Source: Octopus sinensis (taxonomy: Eukaryota). From it: DNA of 64,000 nucleotides. Every line of letters begins with the position of its first letter. The stretch's first letter is position 1. Shown here piece after piece: positions 53,634 through 64,000 of this stretch. The notes beneath the pieces were generated by a model that ran no database searches, was not told where the DNA came from, and saw only the letters and a program-made list of their open reading frames with translations. The stretch lies in NCBI RefSeq assembly GCF_006345805.1, contig NC_043004.1, positions 53,320,001 through 53,384,000 of the forward strand. The letters are read 5' to 3'. Position numbers and translations under genes: made by a program.

Positions 53634-53847
53634 ACCGGAGTAAACACATAAATGTGAAACAAGGTGGAAAAAAGAGTACTCAAATACCAGTGGTAGAGTA
53701 ATATGCTTTATTTTAAGCAGCAGAAAATTCAACAAAATCTGTTACTCTGAGTTTCTCGTTGCCGTTCAGCAAAAACTGTCTGATGAACGGCAACGAGAAA
53801 CTCAGTAACAGATTTTGTTGAATTTTCTGCTGCTTAAAATAAAGTAT

Positions 53848-53848
<1 letters not shown>
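53634..53848. mobile_element. Second copy of the 29.6-kb HHR family with a different fold-back junction; HHR 53776-53811 (+)
   Basis: Arms ~53705-53768 and 53784-53845, 15-nt spacer. CTGT-CTGATGA-ACGGCAACGA-GAAA-CTCAG-TA-ACAG. (TA)n on both sides. Confidence 0.88.
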
Positions 53849-53937
<89 letters not shown>

Positions 53938-54058
53938 TCAAATATATAATGGTTGGCCATAATAGGACATTCAACTCACTAGAAAGAGCAGCCAAACTCC
54001 AAACCACTAATAGTTGTAATTCTGAAATGGAAAGAAATAAAAACGTTTACTATTTCCC

Positions 54059-54148
54059 TCTCTGGACTATGCATAGTATCGGCGAACTTTGGTAAATAAA
54101 TTAATTAAATTAAAGTCATTTACAATTGGCGTGCCTCATCAGCAGAGA
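54059..54148 (-). ncRNA. Type-I hammerhead motif with 12-nt palindromic stem III (one core change, A14U)
   Basis: Minus: TCTCTG-CTGATGA-GGC..~48 nt..GCC-GATA-CTATGCATAG-TC^-CAGAGA. Lies in a ~330-bp element (53937-54270) bounded by (TA)n. Confidence 0.78.
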
Positions 54149-54265
54149 AACTAAGGACTAAACATATATTCACGAGGCAATAATAAGCATGCCTCGAATC
54201 TATATGCCATAAATTTTCAAAATCCACCACGCTCGCGCGGTTATCTCAGCAGCAAATATAAACTG

Positions 54266-54301
<36 letters not shown>

Positions 54302-54549
54302 AACTTTTTCTTCACCCATTCCCTTCTGGTCATTTCAGTATGTGGCCGTGTGTTTACTGCTGGCAATTTTCTTTCTCTGTCTTCACTTCTTTGGACTTTT
54401 TCTATAGTTCTCACGGAGAGCTCCGCTCGATACGTTGAATCCTTTTTCTTTTATTTCATTTCCTGGGCGTCCACTAACAGTGTACTTATTCTACGTCCTC
54501 GCTTTGTCGGTTTTTTTGTGGTTTCTTGCTTCTTCATGTTTGGATTAAC

Positions 54550-54597
<48 letters not shown>

Positions 54598-54667
54598 TGT
54601 ATGTATGTATGTATGTATGTATGTATGTATGTATGTATGTATGTATGTATGTATGGGTATATATATA

Positions 54668-54971
54668 GGGTGGAGGCGTAATGGCCCAGTGTTTAGGGCA
54701 GCAGACCCGCCGTCATGGGATCGGAGTTTCGATTCCCAGACTGGGCGATATGAGAGGTTATGGAGCGAAAACACCTAAAGCTATACGAAGCTCCGGCAGA
54801 GAGTTGCGACGCTCCCTGCTGTATTCTTTCGCTGCAACTTTCTCTCACTCTTTCTTCTGTTGGCCTGCTCACTTAGCCATCGGGGTGGCGTCATTTGAAG
54901 GCTTAAACAATGAGAAGCGCATTGTGACCAGCGATGTGTGGCAACATCTGATACCCTGGTCGGTCACGGTG

Positions 54972-54972
<1 letters not shown>
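54668..54972 (+). mobile_element. tRNA-derived SINE sharing the family A head and 5' body but with a different 3' half
   Basis: Head ggaggcgtaatggcccagtgtttagggcagcagacccgccgtcatgggatcggagtttcgattccc; shared block ctttctctcactctttcttc; diverges afterwards. Confidence 0.75.
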
Positions 54973-55040
<68 letters not shown>

Positions 55041-55676
55041 CTGTATGCCAAAAATCCAAATAAACATATATATATATATATATGATTATTTGGATTTTTA
55101 GCATACGGTTAGTTTAGTAGTATGCCAATCAATGTACTTGCACTGTTTAGGCTAGTTGGTGTCGTCCACAGCTCTGTTATAACCGTCACTGGATCTATCT
55201 CAGGAATTTTTCAGTCTTCATTGAGCTTATAATGAATGAGGGAAACGGAGTTAGCAAGAATCTTTATAAATTTAATCGTTTCGACCCATCCTGCATCTAT
55301 CCCTTATGGGTAGGATATTGCACAGCTAATTGTCTTGCATCCATCAACGCAGACTGCATCTCGTAGTTTCGTTTGGCATAATGTGTTGCCAGTCGGTTAA
55401 TGGCTATAATGACATGGATGAATGCAATTTCCGGGTTATAACCGGTTTATGGGCCTGGCTAGGGTTCATAGTGGACACATGACATGGAATAAAATAATAA
55501 AAGATAAAAAGAATTAAGAGAAAATAAAGAAAGATAAGTATACACGTATTGACATAAACATGAGATGTTCATATATATATATACCGGAGTAAACACAAAT
55601 ATGAAACATATATATATATATTATATATATATATATACTGTATATATATATATATCATATATATATATATATATTA

Positions 55677-55720
<44 letters not shown>

Positions 55721-55781
55721 TATATATATATGTATATATATAAGTATATATATAAGTATATATATATATATGTATATATAG

Positions 55782-55838
<57 letters not shown>

Positions 55839-58189
55839 TGTAAAAATCGACGCTGCCTAACAAAACCGTCGCAGTGAATGCACATGGAAGTTTGTTCAAA
55901 AAACAACTACGAACAAATTATAGTTCTTAAATCTGACAGTAAGAAGCAGGTTGTTGGAAAGAACCTAAGTATTTTTTTACCAAAGTCTTATATGGCCTAT
56001 TATTAGAATATTTTTGTATCCATTACGTGGTGATGGCTTATAACTTAAATCCATAATTCTTTTGTATTCTTTCTCTATTTATTTCCTCGTATATCATTCT
56101 GTTGAAGAGCGTAGGCTCGAAACGTAAAAGACTTTCTCACCTTCTCGAGCCTCAAACTATTACACCTGCTTGTTGTTTATACTCCTGTGTTCCTCTTTTG
56201 TTTTTCTGTAAATTCATACATATATATATAAATGACGGGAGTAGGATAGAGACTAGAGGATTGGGTTTTTTAAGAGGGTATTAGTGCTGTCTATGACGTT
56301 CCGTTAATTCCTTTCTATATAGATAATGCTCTAATTATTTCATCAAATTCCGTACAGTTGACAGCTAAAATGCGTATACTACACACAGGAAGAGAAACTA
56401 CGTAGAGCTTAGGAAGTAAAATAAAACCTTACATCCACAAAGAAAGAATATCCAATATATTTGTTTGTAACCACGGATTTGGAATCTGATAACATAAAAG
56501 TTAATTAAAATTTGAATTATCCCGCTAATCGTTTGACTAGTGGTAGTGATTTTATTTACATTCTTTGGTTTCAGCTCGTTAGTACAAGTACTAGTGGTTC
56601 TACTTGCATTCTTGGTTTCACCTATACAGCCCCTGCTTGCGGATTCTTTTGTTTTGCTGACGGGATTTTATATTTCATTGAAAGTACGCTACGCATTATA
56701 TTTGCAGTGCTTTTACTAGTATTACTTGATGTTATGTATAGAGGTGATGTTCATGTTTTGCATGTATTTTTGTGTGCAACATTTAGAAATCTTTCTCATG
56801 ATATATATGAATGAGTTTTTTCACACTTTTCCATTTATACGTCTGGCTATTTCTATTGCTAGATCTAATTATTTTGTATTATTCCTCAGTTCCTCGTAGA
56901 GACATATTGTTATATGCTGGAAATGATGCAACGGGTAGGGAATATGTTTTTCCTACTGGTCTTTGACGAAACTAATTTGACGATTTGCTTTAATCTTCGT
57001 GTGTATTATTTGGTGTCTAGCAGATTATGCTTCCTTTGTGATTATATACAACTGCTTTTGAACCATGTTTGTATGATCGGTTTTATTCTTTGAAATTATT
57101 ATTACTTCCGAGTCGATCAACTTTTTCTTTTATTCTTCTGGGCTCGATAAAGCAAAACATCCCCAGTATAAACAACAGAAATCTCTGCATATGGAGACAT
57201 CTCACGTCAATACGCAACTGTAACCAATAAAATTTCTAAACTATTAACGAATCAGGCTACAGTTTCCTCAGTAATTAACAATAGACAATATGTATCGATT
57301 ATGATAAAATCCTTTGTAAAGTTTTCTAGTAACATATACATCATTCGCTCAAAAACTCAGAAAGGCATCTCAACACCCAAGAAACAATTATGCCCAGAGT
57401 TTGAATAATGATAATATTATTTAGTATTAAATTCCATTGCAGTGCTTTAGAATTCTGAAAACTTAGAATTGTTAAATTTTTACCGACAATCCGTATCTGA
57501 TTATATTAGTTTCTTTTAGTGATATAGATCTTCAATTACACTGGCAATTTCTGAGTTAATTATTCAAGATAGTGTTTGATCTTTTCCAACAACAGTATAA
57601 GATATTTTTTCATGCATTACGTGATCACTTTGGAGGCTGAAATTTACACTAGGTTCAATTATTTACAATATGAGCCAGGATGGTGCACGTACTGCTGTTT
57701 TATGCTATTATTTTTATATGAACAGTGGCAGGTGAATAAGATATTACAGAGTAAATTCAAATGTTAGAATGGTATACATTGAATCGAATATGCAAAGAAT
57801 GGGACATGGTGAACACAAATATAAAAATGATTAATGAATTAGCAAAATAGGAAATGATGTCTCAACACATATTGAGGCGTACAGTTTCTGATTTTGAATT
57901 CCCCAAAATCGTGTTCGCATTATCCAATGCTCTGACTACTAAAATGCATTATAAGCAAGATACGTATTGGCAGAATTTATTATATGCCTGGCAGTTATCT
58001 TATCGGCCATAAAATAAGGGGAAACGTTGTTGACTCCAGTAACGAACAATTACAAAATTGGAAGAAACTCTGTAGTTTAAAGCAAAGTATTGTCGCCACA
58101 GTTCTTCTTCCTATTCTTCCAGAGAAACTCTTGATCAGTATGATGCGATTAATAATACTTTCTATTATAGACACAAGGCCTGCAATTTT

Positions 58190-59460
58190 AAAGGGGAAGT
58201 CTAGTAGTCGATTACATCAACCCCACCACGAAAGAATAAAAGGCAAACTCGAACTCGACGGACGGTTAATTCAAAACATAATGAGCTGGGAGAAATGCCA
58301 TTATGCATTCTGCTAGTTTGCCGCCTTATGATAACGTTAATATTAGTTTCAAATTTTGGTACGATCCCAGTAAGTTCGGGGGAGAATGCTTGTAGGTTAC
58401 GTCGATCCTAGTTCCTACATGGTACTTATTTTGTCGAAATCCGAAGGACGAAAGTCCAAGTCGACCTTGGCGGAATTTGAACTCAGAAGATAAATACAGA
58501 GGAAAGGCCGCTTAGCACTTTGCCCGGCGCGCTAACGTTTCTGCCAGCTCACGCCTTCTGATGCTATTAATATTGGATTCAAATTTTGATGAAAGGTCAG
58601 CATGTCTGATGGTGGGGAGTAAGATTCCATTGACCCCAGTATTCAACTGGTACTTATTTTATCGAAACCTGAAAGAGTGAAAGGCAAGGTCGACCTCGGC
58701 GAAATTTGAAATCAGAAGGTAAATTCGGACGAAATGCCGCTAAGCATTTTGTCCGGCGTGCTAACGATTCTGTCAAAATGCTGCCTTCTGATGTCATTAA
58801 TGTTAACAGTGATATCAGGGCAGCGAACTGACAGAGACGTTAGCATGATTACATCCGTTTTTATGTTCTAGGTTCAAATGCTGCCGCGGTACATTTTACC
58901 ATTCATTCTTTCAGAATCCATAAAGTTGAACAGTGGGGTCGATTTAACCAGCTTAGCCCATCCCACGAAATTATTGCACTTGGGCAAAAGATCGAAACCA
59001 ATATTAATTGTTAGATTAAAAGGCAGAAAGCTTGCAGAATCGGTACAACGCCAGGTAAAATGTTTCGCGGTATTTTGTCAATCTATATGTTTTGAGTTCA
59101 AATGCTGCCGTGGTCGACTTTTCCTTGCATCCTTTCAATTTTGATAAAATAAGTATCAGTTTCACAGTGGGGTCCATGTAATCGACTCTCCTTATCCCTC
59201 AAAATTTCTGGGTTTGTGCCAAATTTTGAAACCGATATTACTAGTCAAACTATTGCGGTTATTGTAAGTTTTATTGAAAACAAAATTATGATTTGAAAGT
59301 GAAAAGACTGTTGAGACCGGACGAAATACCAGCCTATTTCTTTCGGTGTCATTACAGGAGAAAATAGATTCGTACTGAATATATGGCTATGCTTTACATT
59401 ATTTGGGTGATGAATACATGAATTAAGGTCGAATTGAGTTCGACCAGACAAGTGAGAGGT
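58190..59460. mobile_element. Cluster of about six diverged family-B SINE copies (three minus in tandem, then plus, plus, minus)
   Basis: Repeated blocks cgacc.tggcggaatttgaactcagaa and g.ccggcg.gctaacg; head ends at 58323, 58553 and 58783. Confidence 0.75.
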
Positions 59461-60192
59461 AATGGGTATAATAAACATACTCCTGAACTCTTGCTCCTTT
59501 CTCACACTTTCGAGTAGCTGATTCATTGTTTTATTCTTTTCTTAGGAATTATTCCTAAATTCTAACTCCTATCCTTTCACTCTCGCTCTCTTTCCCCCTT
59601 TTCTCTCTCTGTCACCCCCTTTAACCTCTTCCTCTTTCGCTTTCCCCCCTTCTCTTTCCTTCAGTTAGAAATTGTCATTATACACATAGGAAACAATTAT
59701 TTTCATATTTACACCTGGGCGTGTGGTGTGAGCGGGGTTCTATTCGTGTGGACATACGCTGTGTGTAATAATCCTTAAACTGCATAGGTTTTATTGTAAC
59801 TTTCTCCTAATCTTGGTTTAGTAAGTTAATGCCATTTTGTGTCTTTAAAAAGAGTATTTTTTTATTTCAAGTTAATAAATTACTTCTAGATGTTTATTTT
59901 CCTTCCTAAGAATAGCAGCCAATTCCCGCTCAAACCACACACTAACGCTTTGCGATAATATGACATGTTTTAAGCCCTCATCATAGTAAAACTCCTAATT
60001 TCTAGTCCATCATAAACACTACTATAAATGTAATCATCCAGAGCTGCACTTTCATTGGCATTTATACTACGAAATTGTAAAGTTTTCGTTGTCACATACA
60101 GTATATGAGTATTTGTTCGTATGTGTTTCATTGTTTGTGAGCAGTCATTCGTGTTTCTGTGCACAAGTTTGCGTACACGCACAACAAAACTG

Positions 60193-60614
60193 GTATCTTT
60201 TGGGTTTGACCGGCAGTTTTTTCTAGCGGTGTTGTATGAAATTGTCACCCATAATTATGACCCTACTATCGATCTATTGCATTTCAAACTATTTTAGGTT
60301 TAGGGTTAGAGTTAGGGTTAGTTAGGGTTAGAGGTGGTTGAAGGGGAACGTTTTTACTTCAGAAATGTAAATAAACCCAATCTGTTTCTTAAATGAGGGA
60401 CATATTCATACGGCACAGAATGTTTTCACCTCAATAGACGTCATTGATTGGTTGAAATTGCAGAAATTGAAGAAAAAAATCAAAAATTATCTTACAAACT
60501 ATAGAATTTTCTCAATAAAGCCAAGAGAAAAAGTATACCAGTATACGAAGTTTAAAAGTGTTTAGTAACGTGGAAATTATTTTTAAAAAACTGTCGGTCG
60601 AACCGAAAAGATCC
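60193..60614. mobile_element. ~420-bp MITE with ~30-bp TIRs, apparent TSD and internal (TTAGGG)-like repeats
   Basis: Left gtatcttttgggtttgaccggcagttttt versus right-end reverse complement ggatcttttcggttcgaccgacagttttt. CAAAACTG at 60185-60192 and 60615-60622 (a 6-bp AAAACT reading is also possible). Confidence 0.75.
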
Positions 60615-61207
60615 CAAAACTGAATATAACACCATTGAAAATACTCGGAATAATAACTCCTTATTAATACACAGCACGATCTGGAGATAACTCAAATTTG
60701 AAAGCCGTTTTCGCTCAGTCTAGCATTTCGTCAATGTTATTTTCTTTTATTATACATGCCTGCAATTCTCTTTAAGCGCATTCGCATTATTTTATACATA
60801 TATGTTTCTATTTGTATGTTTTAAATCTCGCAGTTGTATTGATATTTCTCCTTCGACTTCCACTTTCTTTCTTTTCTCCACCTTCATTTTAACACTTCCG
60901 GTTTCATTCTCACCTTTTATTCTTATATCCGGTTATTTTTTCAACTAACGCTTTGTTTCAACCACTCTATTTTTTGTTACATTTTAGTTCCGCTCTTATC
61001 TGGTTTGCATTTTTTTTCTTTCCCGTTGACGTCATTCGTTCTATACACACCACTCCGGCGCCATTCCCTGTATTTCTAATTTACATATATTATTCTATAC
61101 TAGTTTTATATTTTGACATAGATTTACTTTCTTTATTCATTGAAATAATTCACTTGCTTTATTCTTTCAAAATATACACATTTCTTCTAACAGTACACCT
61201 GAAATAT

Positions 61208-61425
61208 TAAGGCGGCGAGCAGGCAGAAACGTTAGCACGCCGGGCGAAATGCTTAGAAGCATTTCGTCTATCTTTACGTTCTGAGTTCAAATTCCGCCGA
61301 AGTCAATCTTCCCTTTCATCATTTCTGGGCGATAAATTAAGTACCAGTTGCGTACTGGAGTCGATCTAGTCGACTGGTTCCCTCTCCAGAATTTCGGAGC
61401 CTGGTGCCTAGAGTAGAAAAGAATG
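61208..61425 (+). mobile_element. SINE family B
   Basis: Full head, central domain and cc.ggtgcctagagtagaaaagaat tail. Confidence 0.88.
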
Positions 61426-61569
61426 CTCCTGAAATATTACTCGTTTCACTATTATATACTTGTCTTAAGAATTATTTATAAATTTCAACTCATATTTACA
61501 AAGCCTCCCTTAATTTCACTCTCTTACTCTCAATTTAACACACACACATACATACAGATATATATGTGT

Positions 61570-61953
61570 GGAAGCACTCCGTCGGTTACGACGACGTGGG
61601 TTCCGGTTGATCCGAATCAACGGAACAGCCTGCTCGTGAAATTAACGTGTAAGTGGCTGAGCACTCCACAGACACGTGTACCCTTAACGTAGTTCTCGGG
61701 GATATTCAGCGTGACACAGAGAGTGACAAGGCGGGCCCTTTGAAATACAGGTACAACAGAAACAGGAAGTAAGAGTGAGAGAAAGTTGTGGTGAAAGAGT
61801 ACAGCAGGGATCACCACCATCCCCTGCCGGAGCCTCGTGGAGCTTTAGGTGTTTTCGCTCAATAAACACTCACAACGCCCGGTCTGGGAATCGAAACCGC
61901 GATCCTATGAACGCGAGTCCGCTGCCCTAACCACTGGGCCATTGCGCCTCCAC
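61570..61953 (-). mobile_element. SINE family A
   Basis: Collinear with 24549-24930. Confidence 0.9.
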
Positions 61954-62314
61954 CGGATGTATATGTAAGCAAGTACGAGCTTGTGAATGCGTATATGTGT
62001 ATTTGAGTGGTCAGTAATATATGTTGGCAGATCATCTCTTGTAAATATAAAACATCAAGATCAACAATAAACCCCCACCCAAACCTCGCAAACAATAACT
62101 ATATAAATATATATGTATGTACGTATGCGTGTGCGTGTGTAGAAATGTTCGCCCCCGGATGCGAACACCTTTCAACTTGGACAATTGTTGAGATGTTTTC
62201 CTACATTACTTATCACGAAACCAATGGTAGCCTTAATTCTCAAATAAAAAAATTATATCCACCAATGCGGTATTGAACACTCACTTTCATCGTTTGATGA
62301 TTAAGTATATGTGC

Positions 62315-62450
<136 letters not shown>

Positions 62451-62451
62451 T

Positions 62452-62640
62452 CATCTGTGGGTGTTGTCTGTGTTTGTATTTCCTCTATGCACGACCAAAT
62501 CGCTGGATCAATCTGTACCAAATTTGCATAAAGGTGTTTCATTACTCGGGGTAGGTTCTAAGGGTATCAAATTTACCCCTTGCCCATATTGGGGGTTCTA
62601 CCTCCGATTTTTTTCAGCAGTATAATAATTTCACTTCTCA
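62452..62640 (+). mobile_element. Possible non-autonomous Helitron/DINE-like repeat fragment
   Basis: Motif tttcctctatgca..ccaa..gctggatca.t.tgtaccaaat recurs at ~63452-63505; family assignment is by resemblance only. Confidence 0.35.
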
Positions 62641-62843
62641 TAACGCTTTAGTTTCACTTTTATTGTTAGAGAGAGAGTGCGTGTGTTGTCGTGTATGTAT
62701 GGCAGAGAGAGAGGGGGGAGTGATAGGGAAAATTTTATTGCCTATTTCTTGTATTCTTTTTAGTGTGTTTGACAGAGAGGGAAAGAGAAAAAGGTGTTGT
62801 CAGAGAGAGAGAGAGACAGAAACAGAGACAGATGTGTCTTGCT

Positions 62844-62908
<65 letters not shown>

Positions 62909-63315
62909 CGTAAATTTTATTTATTTATTTAGTTTTTCTTGCATCTTTTTTAGTGAGTGAGTGTGTGAGTATTTGACTGAGAGCGACAGGGTTCTTGTCA
63001 TGTGTGTGTAAAATGGCTACTGATTTTCTTAAATGTACATTTCCACTCACAAAAATAAATAAATAAATGAAATTACGGAATCTACCGTCAGATAACAGCT
63101 AGTTGCGCGCACACGCCTTCAAGTTAAAACGAAAGATCACCGATAAACTCCATAAATTTTGAAGTTCAATATTCCCGTAGGATAAGTTAGAGATATTGCC
63201 ATGAGTTATTTTAATAATTCTTCCTAGCTCTCCTATACGACCCTTTTTTTTGTATTTAGGGCGGTATAATAGCTTCACTTTTCATAAGACTACAGTTCCA
63301 CTTTTATTCTTACTG

Positions 63316-63413
<98 letters not shown>

Positions 63414-63689
63414 TGTGTGTGTGTGTGTGTGCGTGTGTGTGATTGAATTTGAGTTTCCTCTATGCAGGGCCAAGCTGCTGGATCAGTATGTACCAAATGT
63501 GGCTATCTAGAAATTACATCGGCTTTCTTTTTTGACTTTAGAGGTAAACGATTTTGAAACGATTTGTAATTGTGATAATGAAACAAGAACTTTAAAGAAA
63601 AAGAAAAGATCGTTTAACGTTTCCGGTAGACGCTCTTCTTCGGAAACAGAGGAAAGCATAATGGAAAAGAAGACAAAGGAAGAAAATCG

Positions 63690-63729
<40 letters not shown>

Positions 63730-64000
63730 GACGGGCTTTTTCAGTTTCTGTCCACCAAATCCGCTCACAAATCTTCGGTCGGCCCGAGGCTATAGATGAA
63801 GACACCTGCCCGAGGTGACACAAAGTGAAACTGAACCCGGAACCATTTGACTGGTAAGCAAGCTTCTAACTGCACAGCCACTCCAATTTACATACAGAAG
63901 TATCACTCATTAGAGAGTTGAAGATATATTTGTTGAAGAACACGTTGACCTAGCTCCTATTTATTAGTATATATATATATATATATATATACATATAGAA

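Overview
AT-rich, microsatellite-saturated eukaryotic DNA with one 100-N scaffold gap (4954-5053). The tRNA-headed SINE families and repeat landscape point to a coleoid cephalopod, most likely Octopus (inference). I found no convincing host gene. The recognisable coding sequence is all decayed transposon: two R4/Dong fragments, two RTE fragments, a CR1-type RT, four 5'-truncated Tx1-like L1 copies that all sit inside (GATA)n tracts, two mariner 5' halves and a Penelope-like (PLE) RT at ~44.7-45.9 kb. The main signal is RNA-level. By eye I count about 11 complete or near-complete type-I hammerhead-ribozyme (HHR) motifs from at least 7 unrelated families, plus about 11 decayed or mirror copies. 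Nearly all have a self-complementary stem III (ACCGGT, ACAGCTGT, ACGT, ACTC-A-GAGT, AGTACT, ACAATTGT, ACGTACGT, ACTATGCATAGT). They occur in three architectures: (i) head-to-head palindromes centred on the ribozyme (7.2-7.7, 29.7, 39.2-39.7, 53.7 kb; the first has 213-bp arms and a 9-bp TSD); (ii) partial tandem repeats with 485-bp and 583-bp periods (47.2-47.8, 49.0-49.8 kb), as expected for retrozyme/PLE copying from circular or multimeric RNA; (iii) short dispersed ribozyme-headed elements. Two have compensatory swaps of the C3-G8 core pair (U3-A8, A3-U8). HHRs in PLEs and retrozymes are known in general; activity, novelty of these families and circular RNA are untested here.
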